Part shown: positions 1-13,186 of the stretch, piece after piece
Layout: every line of letters begins with the position of its first letter
Numbering within the stretch: position 1 is the stretch's first letter
Assembly: GCF_018350175.1 (NCBI RefSeq)
Contig: NC_058368.1
Span: 198,216,001-198,280,000 of the forward strand
DNA: 64,000 bases
Direction of reading: 5' to 3'
DNA from: Felis catus
Taxonomy: Eukaryota
Notes under the pieces: model-generated
Database searches by the model: none
Told to the model about the DNA's origin: nothing
Seen by the model: only the letters and a program-made list of their open reading frames with translations
Program-made: the position numbers and the translations under genes

Positions 1-24
1 GATTTTTGTTATTGGTCGTTATAG

Positions 25-201
25 GTGGAAAATGAAGCGATTTACTATGTGCATGATGATAGTGAGGAGCTTCTTGACAATTTCACCGTCTTTGCAAATA
101 GCTCAGAGCTTGGAAAACAGAGTTTGCCCCAAACTCTTTTTGTAACTGTGGAATCAGTAAATGATGAGGCTCCAGTAATAACAGCCAACAACATCCTTCA
201 G
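25..201 (+). CDS. CSPG4B: CSPG4-like (CSPG4B) internal coding exon, first in window; 177 bp, phase 0/0
   Basis: Acceptor ttatag|GTG and donor CAG|gtaagt. Encodes VENEAIYYVHDDSEELLDNFTVFAN...VTVESVNDEAPVITANNILQ, with CSPG-repeat motifs (Y-x-H-D-D-S-E, D-x-F, V-N-D-E-A-P). Confidence 0.9.
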
Positions 202-494
202 GTAAGTGCTCCGTGCTTTTTATCATAGTAATCTCAACACTACCAATTTGATTTTCTTTTGTATTATTTCTAATGTTAAATAATAAGACATAGGACTATG
301 TATGTATAATTAACATATTCCTACTGGTTTTAAATAAATGTTAGTTGTTACCAGGACATTCTGTTTGGTAACTGTTGGGAGATGATGAATCCCAACGAGT
401 TACCGTCAGATTGTACTTCTTGAGTGGGTGTCATTCTCACTGTATTCCCCAAGGCATAGCCTCTTCTAGTTAGGGTGGGCAGGTGAGCATCAAC

Positions 495-666
495 TCCCTA
501 GTGTGAAGTGTGTGACGTTGGGCAAGTTATTTAGCCCTTCAGTTTGCTTTTATCGAGGTGGTGGGAAATGGAGGCAGACTTGGAGGAGTAAGCGATAAAA
601 TGATGTAAAACTCTCCCACAGTGCCTGACACGTGGATGGGACCCAATAAATGGTAGCTATCATTAC
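495..666 (+). mobile_element. MIR SINE fragment
   Basis: Core tgtgtgacgttgggcaagttatttagcc and 3' end cacagtgcctgacac...aataaatggtagctatcatta, resembling the MIR consensus. Confidence 0.7.
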
Positions 667-1580
667 TGAAAAGCTCCAAGGCTGTACCAGTATTAGAATT
701 AAAACAAAACAAAACAAAAACACTATACAGTCATGTGACAGTCTTTTGCTGTTTCTGGGAGCTTCCATCACTCTTCACTCTTTCGGAGACTCCCCTGGGG
801 TGCTTCTTAGGCACTCACAGATAAACAAACGTGTTTTGGCTGTCGCATGGTGTCCACCACTTGGCTCCTCCCCTGATCTGAAGCCTGTTTACGCTCAAGT
901 ATCCCAAAGCTTTCATTTAGCAGATTTTCTTGGTCTTAAATCACTCGTTCTCACTGATCCTTCTTCTAAAGACTTGGGCGTGAATTTGCTGTTCTGGCTT
1001 GGAGAATAATTACAGCTACTGTAGTAGTAAGTGCTCAAAAAAGAATTGTTAGCTATTTACGGTATGTGCCAGGTAACACTCTTAAGAGCTTCTAGCTCAC
1101 TGAGATGTGCTACCATTTCCCTCACTGGACCATTCCTCACTGGACAGACGAGGAAATCGCATGACAGCTGAATGACAGGCTGAGGACAGAGTGACAGCAC
1201 GGGAGCCCGATGGCTTGTTCATGTCTTTTGTCATGCCCTCCACCAATGACTGACACCTAGTAGACAAAAAATATTTGGTGAAGGGAAGAGTAAATGAAAA
1301 TATAAACTGTCAATACCCCCAGCACTGGCCCACGTTTCAGAGACCGGGCTTTTGTCTCCACTCTTTCTTCCTTTAGTGTAGCTGCATTTCTGGAAGAATC
1401 CTTGGCCCTTCGCACATTAAAGCTCCTGGGGGACTCATGCTTCAGATATGCCCAGGTATGGGAATCTGAAGTATTCACTTTGAAATTTGGATGAGACAAA
1501 TCTTCCAACATATGTATGTGTCAATTTCAGCCTTGTTTATACCTCTTGTGAGAGTAAATAGTTAATAATAGATACTTTAG

Positions 1581-1782
1581 GGGTGCCTGGGTGGCTCAGT
1601 CTGTTAAGCGTCTGACTTCGGCTCAGGTCATGATCTCACAGTTCATGGGTTCAAGCCCCGCATCAGGCTCTGTGTTGACAGCTCGGAGCCTGGAGCCTGC
1701 TTCAGATTCTGTGTCTCCCTCTCTCTCTCTGCCATCCCCCCCCACCTCAAAAATAAATAAACATTAAATTTTTTTTTTAAAA
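1581..1782 (+). mobile_element. Can-SINE (SINEC_Fc2-like)
   Basis: Head gggtgcctgggtggctcagtctgttaagcg, CT-rich middle and A-rich tail. TSD aatagatactttag at 1567-1580 and 1783-1796. Confidence 0.93.
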
Positions 1783-3494
1783 AATAGATACTTTAGAAGT
1801 CCAGAGGAAGCTGGATAGTCATAAGGGATGCAGGAGAGGTAGACATGAGTAGAGCTCACCAGGGGCTAATCTAATGAGAACATTTTTTGTTGTTAAACAT
1901 GTAAACATTCTGGGGTTTAAAAATCTGTTTTTACTTGCTCGAAATAGTTGGATCTAGGAATAGACTTGTTAGTGCTCTTATTTTACAGCTTGGCTCATTA
2001 TTCAGCCTCTACATTTTAAGTGAGAAACTAATGGTGTTTATGCCTTTGTAACTTGTCACTTAATTTTGAGTTTACTTCACGGTCATTGTCCAAACAGCCT
2101 GGGAATTGTTCTAGCTGGTCACATTGGTAGGCCTACCTCTGCTTTCACAGATTCTTGTTGTACTAGTATCTACTGAATTCATTCTCAGCAAAGAAGTAGG
2201 TTGTCGCCAGAGTGAGGGATTGTAGGTGTCAGTGATGATTAAGCGCCGTTATAAAAGCTTACGTTTATTGTGTGCTTACGAAGTATAGTACTGGACATCT
2301 TCCAGAAGTGGTATCATTTTCACAACCTTACAAAGCATCTTGTTATGAATGTCCTCATTATAATGGGCACCCTGAGACCCAGAGCGGCACCAAGGGAAGG
2401 TGTGGGAAGTCTGACTGTCTCACCATCATGCTCTGCCGCTTTGCCCACTACCCAGGACTGACTCAAGCTCTGCCGGTGCATCCATGTGATCAAGGGCTGT
2501 GTTTATTAGTAAGAAAAAAGCCCCAAAGCTGTTGTGCCTCTTGCTCCTACCAAAGTGGACTTTACGGAATAGGTCTGCAGCCGTTGGATTGACACACAAG
2601 CGTTTGCCCAGGAACCTCGGCAGAGGAGTTGGGCATTGTGCTGTGTGGTGCAAAACTGGAGGATGAGGAAGATCCAGGGGAGCGGCCTAAATCTAGACAG
2701 ACATGGGGGAAGAGCTGGAGTGGGCTGAGGGACAGGAAGACCGAGGAATAAAGTAGTGAACTCTCAGGCTTCCTCGTGGAAAGGAACTGAAGCCCTCTCC
2801 TGGGTTTGGCTTGCAGCTTTGAGGTGCCGTCCGTTACAAGATGCACCATCAACTTAACGATACTTTATTGTACTGAAAGATTCCCGTCCATTTAAGGCGT
2901 TCAGAACATTAAAATGTGGGAGGAAAAATGTGTACATTAGACTGTGTACATTCTGTCTTCCCTTTAAATTAGCGAGATACAGTCTCTGCCATGAACCTTG
3001 AGCTTGCTCAGGCCGTTTGCCCAGACCCTTCCCGCTCCCCCCCCCCCCCCCCGCCCCGTCCTCAATATCGGAGAGTTTCTCTCAAGAAAAAAGGAAGAGT
3101 AGCTGTGGGCAAGGGCCATTTCCTTTCTTCTTACCTTCTTCCCTGGATAGCCTGGATCCAGGCCAGGAAGGGGGCGACTTCCCAGTTTTAATGGATGTGG
3201 TCATTTGATACTGGCTCTTTCTGAATTTATTCAGTAAGAATCTCATTCCCTGCCTTGAACGTTCTGGATTAAAGCTAGAAGAACAGAGTTCAAGTGTTGT
3301 AACTTGCCCAGTTTAGGCAAAATTCCTCTGAGACTCCTCTTCCTTGACAGAAAAACCATGATTGAGTTGTGGGTTGGTATATGTGTATGTGTAAAGATAC
3401 ATAGATTACATATATGTACATTTATTATAAAGAATTATAGATATATATACATGTATAATAGATACATATATATATGATAAAGAATTATATTATT

Positions 3495-3891
3495 ACATAT
3501 TTATTATAAGGAATTGGCTTATGTGATTATGGAGGTGGGCAAGTTCCAAGATCTGTAGGGTGAGTCGTCCAGCTGGAAACCCAGGAGAGCCAATGGTATA
3601 GTTCACCTATGAAGGTCACAAGAAGACCTGATGTCCCAATTCAAAAGCAGTCAGACAGAAAAGAATTCTCTTTACTCCCAGGAAAATCAGACTTTTTATT
3701 CTCTTCGGGCCTTCAACTGATTGTATGAGGCTCACCTATGTGTGGGAGACTTCTCTGCTTTATTCAGTCGATTGACTTCAATGTCAATCTCATCCAAAAA
3801 CATTTTCATGGAAACACCCAGAATAATGTTTAACCAAATATCTGGGCACCCCATGGCCTAGTCAATTTGACACATAATATTAGCCATCACA
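3495..3891 (-). mobile_element. MLT2-type ERVL LTR fragment
   Basis: ttattataaggaattggcttatgtgattatggagg...caagttccaagatctg and terminus ccatggcctagtcaatttgacacataatattagccatcaca, typical of MLT2. Preceded by a TA-rich tract. Confidence 0.75.
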
Positions 3892-5599
3892 GTCCCGAGA
3901 TTCTATGCTGTCTTTGACTCTCTAAACAGAATCTTCTCAAGACCTTCAGCTTACCACATGACCACTTACTCTCCTTACTTGTCATCAGAGCTTGGAGAAG
4001 TGGCAAGAAGGGTTATCTGCAGTCTATTTGGGAGAAGGAGGTGGGGGCATAGATAGCATCACTGATAGCATCTGAGACTCTGGATAGGACTTCACAAGCA
4101 GAAATCTGAATGTTAACCATTCTGTCATAGCATTTCAAATACACCCCTTTCTCCTGAAGTATTTTAAACAGCATGCCATTAAACCATGGAACTTGTGACT
4201 GGTTGGACTCCAAAGTCATTCAGTGGCGCAGGAAATCATTTCCATTGTGACACCCTGGAGTTAGGACGTGGAGTTAGACCAACTCAGGTGAATCCTTTGC
4301 ATTTTATCATGAAATATATTCTCCTGAGTACTTTTGTATTCAAGTATGACCAGGAATTTTTGGGCATAGCTGACCAAACGTATCTGTGTCCACAAGGGGG
4401 CTTCATTTTCCTGTTTTTCAACTTTGGCTTTCAGTACTGTACATTTTGTTTTGTTGTTGTCTTTTATACCCAGAATAGAACCATTTGTTTGTTTCTGATA
4501 AATACTTGTCATCACTAAAAAAAGCTTTGAGAGCTTGGGACAGTGGAAGAATTAGGGCAGCAAAGCCTGAGATTTTGACTGAAGGCCTAGAAGGGTCGGA
4601 TAGTGGGATGGTAACTTTAGAAACACTTCACATCCCTCACATGAAGCTCAAAACAGAGGTCTGGGTTTTTAAACATTAGGATCATAATTAGGATTATCCT
4701 GGATTGTAATTAGGTCTCTAAATTCCACTGGCTTTCTGTTTAATTTAAAGGTGAATTTAAAAAAAATGTATTCCAATAAATGCGTTAAAATTTTTTTTAG
4801 ATATGACTATTTTACCAATGACCGGGCACTAAATCGAGCCTCACCCAAAGCAGTGGGGCTGTGAACTGAACTAAATTTGGTTTGAGTGGAAATGAAGACC
4901 TGAAGTTACCAGGTCTTGTTTTGAGTGGCAGGTTTTCCACTTGTTTTGAAAGATGGTATATTACAGAGGCAAGAGGGGGCAAAAGGAGAGTAGCACGGGA
5001 GAGTAGCCACAGTGGAAAACATGCTTCATCCAGCTTCTGTATGCACAGTCCCGGAAAAAATGAGTATCTACGAGTCACAGGAAGAGAATGGCAGTGCATT
5101 TCCAAACCAGCTTGTGTTCCTAAAGAAAGGAGAATAAGACACGTGGATGGATTTTAAAGTGTAAAAAGTGAAAAAGTAGAATCAGCGGCCTTGGAATTTT
5201 GTTAAATAGTCCAATTGTATATTTTAGAGACACTGGCCGCTTTCCGTGATGAACTGAAGACCAAAGCCTTATCACTTGAACATTAGGCTGATCAGCAATC
5301 CTGGGAGCGATTAAAAAAACTGATGTCCTTAGAGTTTAGGGCTGAAAAGTCCTCAGTGGGCATATTCCCAAAGCCAAGATGTAAGAGCATCCATTGACAG
5401 TACAATCATGGAACAGATGAACTATGCACCCCAAATTATGGAGAGATGCTGTGGAATTAAAGAAAAGCTGAAGTTCATGTTATAGAAGGGCTCCAGTAAT
5501 GGTAATCATGACACTCCGAATGATTTTTAAGTAATGTTAAAAAAAAAAAAAAACAAACGTATTCTATCTTTAGAACCAACTCTGATGAAGGATATGGAT

Positions 5600-5775
5600 A
5601 ATGTAAGGCTAATGTTTATTGAATTCTTACTATGCGCCAGGTGAAACTTATTGTAAGTACCTTATATAACTCAAATCACTCATTATCCGTAATAATTCTA
5701 TCATTCCCAGCTTACTAATGAGGCAATTAAGGCACAGGGAAATTAAGAAACGTGCCCAAGGTTACATAGCCGAAA
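5600..5775 (-). mobile_element. MIR fragment
   Basis: gctaatgtttattgaattcttactatgcgccagg...atgaggcaattaaggcacagggaaattaagaaacgtgcccaaggttacatagc. Confidence 0.7.
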
Positions 5776-6194
5776 TGGTGTATCATGCCTCATATGAAAA
5801 TGTAGGATCATGTATTTTCTGATATCCCTTTCTCAAATTCTATTTAAATCGTTATTAGATAATGAGTGGGAATGAATTAAGATATTTCATCAACTCCCTA
5901 CATTACTAAGGAAAGCAGCCCCTTAGACCAGAGACATATCTTTTAAATCACTTAGGATTGAATTTTTAAACAAGTTGGTAACAAGCATAGATGATAAGGC
6001 TCTAGAGAGGGAGCAAAGAATGACGTAAGCTTGAAAGTATGCATAGTGTTTCTATAGGGAAGACATTTATAAATACAGATAGAAATATGAAATTTTAGTT
6101 AGCGATAATGCCACCCATTTTTAGTGTGAGTGAAATACCATGTGACTGCGTGGTTATAGAAACTCAAGACAGCCTCGTTCCATCAAATGTGATT

Positions 6195-7130
6195 CAATGT
6201 CTAAATATATATTTTCAACTCAACATGTTCACGACTGAATTCCTGATCTTAGTTCCCAAATCCACCCTATCTGCAGATCTCCTCATTTCAGTTGATGATC
6301 ATTCTGTCCTTCTGGGTTTTGAGGCCCAAACCAGGGAGTCGTTCTTTCATTCTTCCACCTTTCCTTCTTCCACACCTCACCGCATCTGACTCATCGGAAA
6401 CCCTGTTGGCTCCTTCTTCAACATGCACCTAGAATTTGACCACTTCTTACCACGTCAACCACTTCTGGCCACTCTGTTCTCTCATCCCTCTCTGGGGGGT
6501 CACCTGCTAAGTGGTCTCCCTGCTTCTACCCCTGCCTTCCCATGGTCTATTCTTGACACAGAAGCCCAGTTACTCCTCACCTAAAGCCCTACGATGATTC
6601 CCCATTGCACTCAAGTAAAAGCCAAAGTTCTTACAGTGGCCATCAAGACGCTGCAGGATTTGACCTTCCACTACGTTCTTGACTCCTCTTCTTGTCTTCT
6701 TCATCTCACTTGTTCTTCTCCTGCCATACTGACCTCCTTGCTGCTCCTCATACAGCTGAAGCTTGCTCCTACCTTTGGGCTGTTCCCTCTGCCTGGATGT
6801 TCTTTCCCCAGATATCCACATGACTCCTCCTTCACTTCCTTCCAGTTTTCCTCAAATGAGCCTCCTATTTAACATTCTCCCACTTCTGAGCCCCTCATTT
6901 TGCTCTATTTCACTTTTTTTTTCACAGTGCCAGGGAACTCCTAACAGTCCACGTTGCTCATTTCTTTATTATGCCTGTTGTTTCTTCCCTGTATCCCTTC
7001 ATCCCCTCCTGCTGGAATGTAGGCTTCATGAGGATCAGACTCTGTTTCTTTTACTGATGAATTGTAAGCACCCAGAACATTGCCTGGAACATGGTAGATG
7101 CTCAATTAATGGTGAATTGTGGAACGAAGG
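6195..7130 (+). mobile_element. LINE-2 (L2) 3' fragment
   Basis: caactcaacatgttcacgactgaattcctgatc...cacctagaatttgaccacttct...ctggaatgtaggcttcatgag...agaacattgcctggaacatggtagatgctcaattaat, resembling the L2 3' consensus. Confidence 0.8.
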
Positions 7131-7696
7131 TATTTAGGCAAGGTAAATATATCTTAAATGTAATTGGAAAATAGAGATTATTACTCAGAAATAATTGTAG
7201 ATGAGCTACCCGCACAGCAAACATTGCAAGGCCATAGGCACCAGGTATGTGTTTTCCTGCAAGACAGGTAAGAGAAAGGAAAATGTTTTCAGTGTGCAAT
7301 GTGTGTTTTCCCTCAAATATTTAAGATCTGGTGAAATCATTCGCCTCTTAAAATAATAAATAGAAATCCTTAAATCAACCTCATGAAGTAGGTTCTAGGA
7401 TTTTCTAAAATTCCATGTAGAATCTTTGCATATGCTTCCATCCTTAACATATGCCAAGCGTACAGAAGGAGCTTAGCAGCCATCAACTTTTATTGTTATT
7501 ATACTTTATGTAAGTAAATGGGCACTTTAAATAACTTTGAATAAATAATTACAAATGCTATTTTTTAATTGGGACTTCATAAACCTCATAAATTCAACAA
7601 ACACTACAGCATGTCCTGTATTTCATCAGGTATTTAATTATATGTCTGTTTTGAATTAAGAATCCTCATAGTTTAAAAGCTGTAGTGAATTGCTTT

Positions 7697-7907
7697 CTTT
7701 TTTTTTTTTAATCGTTATTTATTTTTGAAAGAGACAGACCTTGAGTGGGGGAGGGTCAGAGAGAGAGGGAGACACAGAATCCAAAGCAGGCTCCAGGCTC
7801 CGAGCTGTCAGCACAGAGCCCGACACGGGGCTCGAACTCAGGAACGGCGAGATCATGACCTGAGCCGATATTGGACGCTTTAACTGACTGAGCCACCCAG
7901 GGGTCCC
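7697..7907 (-). mobile_element. Can-SINE
   Basis: Reverse-oriented SINEC ending gagccacccaggggtccc. TSD tgaattgcttt at 7686-7696 and 7908-7918. Confidence 0.93.
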
Positions 7908-8027
7908 TGAATTGCTTTAGTTTTTCAATCGTTGTGCAAGAAGCCAGAGTAGCATAGCTATCTAGTTTACTTGTGGGACGTGACTGGAACTGGCCTTTGC
8001 AAGATCTGTGCTTCTCTTTTTTTTAAG

Positions 8028-8226
8028 GTATGGGCGAATTCTGTCACCGAGATTACCAGTGGGGACCTCTGTGCGGAAGATGAGGACTCCTCCCCACAGG
8101 ACCTCATCTACTGGGTCAGTCCACCCAGCAACGGGCATTTGGCTCTCAAGTCCTTTCCTGGCCAAAGCATCCAGAACTTCACCCAGGCTCAAATCAACAA
8201 GGGCCTGGTAGTGTTTGTACACACTG
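8028..8226 (+). CDS. CSPG4B: CSPG4B internal coding exon; 199 bp, phase 0/1
   Basis: Polypyrimidine tract ...ttttttaag|GTA and donor ACTG|gtatgt. Encodes VWANSVTEITSGDLCAEDEDSSPQDLIYWVSPPSNGHL...NFTQAQINKGLVVFVHT, a typical CSPG repeat (D-x-D-S, P-x-N-G, F-T-Q-x-x-I). Confidence 0.92.
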
Positions 8227-9020
8227 GTATGTCATAGAAACGATGTGAAATTAAAATATGTTTCGATCAGAGGCTAACATGAGAGTCAAACCTAGCAGTT
8301 GCTGACTGAAAACCACAAGCCATCCCAAAACCCTCTGGGCCCTGTAATTTTTTTTTTTTTTAAGTGGCACAGTTTTGTAAGGCTAATGATAGCAAACATC
8401 AGAGAGCACCTATAACTCACACATGGCTTACTCACATGGTCATGTAAGGTCGATGCTCAAATGTAACGTTCTCAGAGAGCCTTTTCCTGACCGCCCATTA
8501 AAAGAGCATCTAGTCTTTGTCCCTCCCCCTCCCTTACTGACTTCCTGACATGGTAGTAGGGAGTGCTTTGTTTATTTGTTTGTTGTCTGTCTTCCGCACG
8601 AGAGTGCAAACATTTGTTGAAAGAATGAAATTATATTGAATACCTATTATGTGCCAAGTAATGGTCCTTATGTTAGAGATACATTAGTGAACAAAACAAA
8701 CATTAAATAGGTGAACACGTGAATAAACTAATGAGTGACTATAACTGTAATTCTAAAACACTCTGACATTAAAAGCCTTTTTTTTTTTTCCTTCCTTCTG
8801 TTAATCAATAAGCCAGACAGTCACTGTAAATCTGCAGAAGGGGTGATCCAGCCTGGCTGTGTCTCCAGGCTGCCCTTGTCACTGGACAGAGGGGGGAATG
8901 AGCCCATTCCCAGCCTGTAGGAATGAATGGGAAGGTGTATGAGCCAGGGGGCATGATGGGAAAGCTGGCAGTCATACCTGGTCAGCCATTTTTATCAACT
9001 TCTTTGAAAATATAGTAGAG

Positions 9021-9250
9021 GGGCGCCTGGGTGGCGCAGTCGGTTAGGCGTCCGACTTCAGCCAGGTCACGATCTCGCGGTCCGGGAGTTCGAGTCGGGC
9101 TCTGGGCTGATGGCTCAGAGCCTGGAGCCTGTTTCCGATTCTGTGTCTCCCTCTCTCTCTGCCCCTCCCCCGTTCATGCTCTGTCTCTCTCTGTCCCAAA
9201 AATAAATAAACGTTGAAAAAAAAAATTTAAAAAAAAAAAAAAAGAAAAAA
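9021..9250 (+). mobile_element. Young Can-SINE (SINEC_Fc), small internal deletion
   Basis: CpG-intact head gggcgcctgggtggcgcagtcgg and long A tail. Perfect TSD gaaaatatagtagag at 9006-9020 and 9251-9265. Confidence 0.95.
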
Positions 9251-11872
9251 GAAAATATAGTAGAGAAAATAAAGTTAAAAAAATCTTCTAAATTCAAATA
9301 TAGCAATTTCCTAATCTTTGCAGTTAACGGAAAGAATCCCCACATAATCTGAAAATAATGTATTATGTGAGCGCTCTCAACTAGCAGTTCCAAACCCGTA
9401 GCCTGAGGACCTCTAGGGTTAATTTTATCGCAACAAGATACTACATCTACCACATATGGACCAAAGCATTGTTCCTAGACTGGATGATCTTTTCCATGTA
9501 TGCATGTTCTCATTTTTTAAATGTGTGCAGATGTGCTGATTAATAAGATACAATTCATTTAAATAGGCACTGAATTAATAGGAAGTTTCCGCCAACGAAG
9601 TGTGGTTTTGATTATTAGGTACTGACAATCTGAGTATTATTAGACGAGGGCCTAGAAATGTTTTTATTTTTCGAAACGATTATCGTATTTTCAAAATCCG
9701 GAGAACTGTTCTAGCGACTCCCCCAAGGGAAGTTTCCGATTCCTACAACTATGTAGTTTGCAATGAAAAGGAATCATTGACTCTCTGGCCCTTTCTGGCA
9801 CCGCAGGAAGTGTGGTCACATGACCCACTTCATTTACTCTGCAGAAGTTCTCTGAGCCATGCGAGGTAGTGACCCCATCTTAGAGATGAAGAAACTGAAG
9901 CTCAGAAAGATGTAAGTTGATCTGACCATAAAGCTGGGCTTTCTCCACTCTCTGCCACCCCACTGGAGGCCAGAGTCAGTTGAAGAACTACAGTGATTAT
10001 TTGCAGTGAAGGACTAAAATGAAAATTAGCGCTCTGGACTCATTTAATTGTCAACGACCAGGTCCGTGTTCGCTTTTGGCCGGTAAGGGAAATAATTTCT
10101 CCTAAAAAAGCAGGAAGGACAGTTAAGGCAAGCTCTTTGAAAGTCAATCCATTCCATCTTCTAAACGGCTGCAGAGGCAGTGATGACCCTCAAAGTGGCT
10201 GGAGCCCAGCTGCAGGGGGGGCTATTGCTGAGACCAGCTGGTCCCCTCAGCTACATCTGTCCATCATCGACCCCACACACAGGCTTAGGTTTAATTAGTC
10301 CCTCTTAGCATTTATATTTGCAAAGTGCTCTGCCATTAACCTAGTTCATTTTTCACATAACAACCTAAGTAGGTTGATAAAGGCATGACGTGGGAGGCTA
10401 AGTGATTTCAGGCTGCCCTTTGCAAAGTACTGTCAGAAAGATCTGAGGTTGTACAACAGAAAATCTATAGGTCACCCCTACGCTCACGTTTCTGTCCTTT
10501 CCTCTTTTTGGCCATAGTGTGATGGTTAGGGCATTCCCAATGTATCATTCTAGTATTCATTTTGATAGAATTCCTTTTGATTCCATTCCCACTTTGTTTC
10601 TGGATTCGTGAAATGTTGAAAGTGCCTAGTGGCAGAAAGCATTCTCTCCCTAATTTCATGTTCCATTAAATACAGCTCTCGAAGTGCTATTTCTAGTGAA
10701 AACAAGCAAGCCAGCAAACAAACAAATAAAATTTGATTGTGGGTCCCTGTTTTAAATTAGGCAGACTCAGAATTTTCTCTCTCTCTCTCTCTCTCTCTTT
10801 TTTAAACTATGACTCTTGAGTGTATTGGGAACTTTTATAAAGTCTGTAACCTTTTTTTGTGAGGACTCAGAATTCTGGGTTTGCATAGATAACAGAAACT
10901 CGAGAGGCTGGCAGGCCATCGACCAGCTCTTTATTAAATTGTGTTATTAAGGGAGTACTTGTACGTAACTGCAGAGTCTGACCCTGCCTTCTTTGTTCCT
11001 TGCCACATGTCCCTGAGGGCAACAAAGAGGACATTTCTACCCATTACATGATGCAAAGACCCGTGGGCCTCCAGATTTACTGCTGGCTGAACATTTTCAA
11101 AGGGTGATGGGAATGCGAACATCAGGCTGTCTCCATTGTGAGCTTGCCTGGTGCTTTGTGAGTCAGACTGGTAAAGCGCTCCTGGGGACGGGATCGATAG
11201 GGGGCCTGTCTCAATTTCTGTAACACACACAAGTTAATTTATAACTTTATTGATAGCACTAATCCTTAGAAGTGTGGGAGTACCTTTCTCCTTTTGGAGG
11301 AATATAACAAAAGCCGGGCCTGGATCACCTTCCCCACTCTTTGCCACCTTAGCAGAAAACAGCTAGTTTGAGTTCAGTGAATAATTAGAAATTATTTGGA
11401 GGGAAGGACTAAGTGTTATTTACTACCCCCTAGTTTTGACTTTAGTATTATTAAGTAAGCATTATCAATATTTCAGAAACTGCTTGTGTGTGTGTGAGTG
11501 TGTGTGTGTGTGTGCATGTACATGTGTGCAGCATGCAGACATTACTTTTGGTGGCGTAAACTGATTCCAAGATAATAAAATGCAGGTGATGAATATGTTT
11601 AAAAGATTTTTTTTTAATTTCTTGGAGGTAACATCTTTGCTTTCTCTTATTAGGTCATGGCGGGGAGGAGAAATATGCATTTTAGACCTTTATTACTGTT
11701 CTTTTAACTTCACATTTTGGCAACATTTGGTTTGCTGAGCTCAGTGACTCTATGAACACATTCTTCCGTTGATAGGGGGTGCTTGGCAGCGGGATCAAGT
11801 GGGAGACAGGGTGAAAGGGGGTGGCTTTTGCAGAACAACCAAAGTGACCAAGGCGTAATTCTTCTTTTGAAG

Positions 11873-12004
11873 GAGCCATGTCAGGAGGCTTTAACTTTCA
11901 GGTTACTGATGGTTTGAACTTTGCACCGCGACAAATATTTAGCATCACCGCTCGAGCCCTGACCATTAGCTTAGAAGTAAACCGAGGATTGAGCATCTTT
12001 CCAG
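11873..12004 (+). CDS. CSPG4B: CSPG4B internal coding exon; 132 bp, phase 1/1 (absent from the supplied ORF track)
   Basis: Acceptor cttcttttgaag|GA and donor CCAG|gtaaga. Encodes (G)AMSGGFNFQVTDGLNFAPRQIFSITARALTISLEVNRGLSIFP(G). The F-x-F-x-V-T-D-G motif completes the repeat begun in the previous exon. Confidence 0.88.
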
Positions 12005-12775
12005 GTAAGATTTTAACTTGAGTGCATTTGGGGGTAAGTGGTTTTCAATTTATTTAGAAAGGTCTACCTGCAAGGTAAGAAGTGCCATCATTTACCATCG
12101 AGTGATACCAACAACAGTTATAAAGTCACGGAAAGAATTCTGTCTTTGCAGGAACTCAGCAGAAACTAGGCTGGCTCTGTCCACCCCTTCTCTCTTTCCC
12201 TTCTCCTGCTCCTCAGAGAAGATGTGCCGGTGAAGGACAGTGGGAGACCAGAGTCCCTGAAAGAGTCATGACGCACGTGCACTTTTTCCCTACTCCCTCC
12301 GTAGGGTCCTTGACAAAGCAAGGAGGGCCAGGCTCTGCAGTGACCGTCTGAATCTTGGATTTCCTTTTTCTAAATATAAAAACCCTGTGCATCAGAGGGC
12401 TGTGAGGGATTCCACTGAGTGCTGGCTTCAGGGCCCTGAAGCCTCGGGACTGCTATTTGCCAAGAATCTCGGCTTGGCGGAGATGGAAAAATCAAAGTGC
12501 ACATCTCTGGCTCAATACCCTTATTGCGGGGATAGGGAAAGATTTACCCAATGGCAGAGGTGATAAAAAAGAAGAACAAATATTTAAACTTGCTATTTAA
12601 AAAGAATGCACTGAGGGAGACCAAACAGAAAACAGTTAAATTTATATTACAGTTTAAAAAAACAAAAACAAAAACGTGCACAGTGACTTGTTTACTTGGT
12701 GTGTGTTACCAGTAAAACAAGATGGAGAAAGATACTAATCATTTCATTAATTATGATTATTCTATAGTCACTTTA

Positions 12776-13186
12776 GCCGGTTGTTCTCAACCAGGAAGCT
12801 TTTAAAAATAGCAGTGCCTCAGGGTGCCTGGGTGGCTCGGCAGTTAAGCATCAGATTTCGGCTCAGGTCATGATGTCACAGCCGGTGAGTTCGAGCCCTG
12901 CGTCAGACTCTGTGTTGATGGCACAGAGCCTGGAGCTGCTTTGGATTCTGTGTCTCCCTCTCTCTCTCTGCCCCTCCCTTGCTCGCACTCTGTCTCTCTC
13001 TCTGTCTCTCTCTCTCAAAAATAAATTATAAAACATTAAGAAAAAAATTTAAAAAACATAGCAGTGCCTGGGCCTTACTTTATACCCGTTATACTGGAGT
13101 GTCTGTGAAAGGAATGAATGGCCATCGTTATGTTTTCTAAGTTCCAGGTGGTTCTGAAGCACAGCCAGGATTGAGATCCGTGGGGC
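12776..13186. mobile_element. MER5-like hAT-Charlie non-autonomous DNA transposon, interrupted by a SINE
   Basis: ggttgttctcaacc...cttttaaaaat[SINE]agcagtgcctgggcc...ccaggtggttctgaagcacagccaggattgagatcc, resembling the MER5A/B consensus. Confidence 0.55.
12820..13057 (+). mobile_element. Can-SINE (SINEC_Fc2-like)
   Basis: SINEC body and A tail. TSD atagcagtgcct at 12808-12819 and 13058-13069. Confidence 0.93.

Noticed and set aside
9021..9110. tRNA-like A/B-box sequences at SINE heads, here and in the other copies
   Set aside because: These are the tRNA-derived heads of Can-SINEs, followed by CT-rich bodies, A tails and TSDs. They are not tRNA genes.
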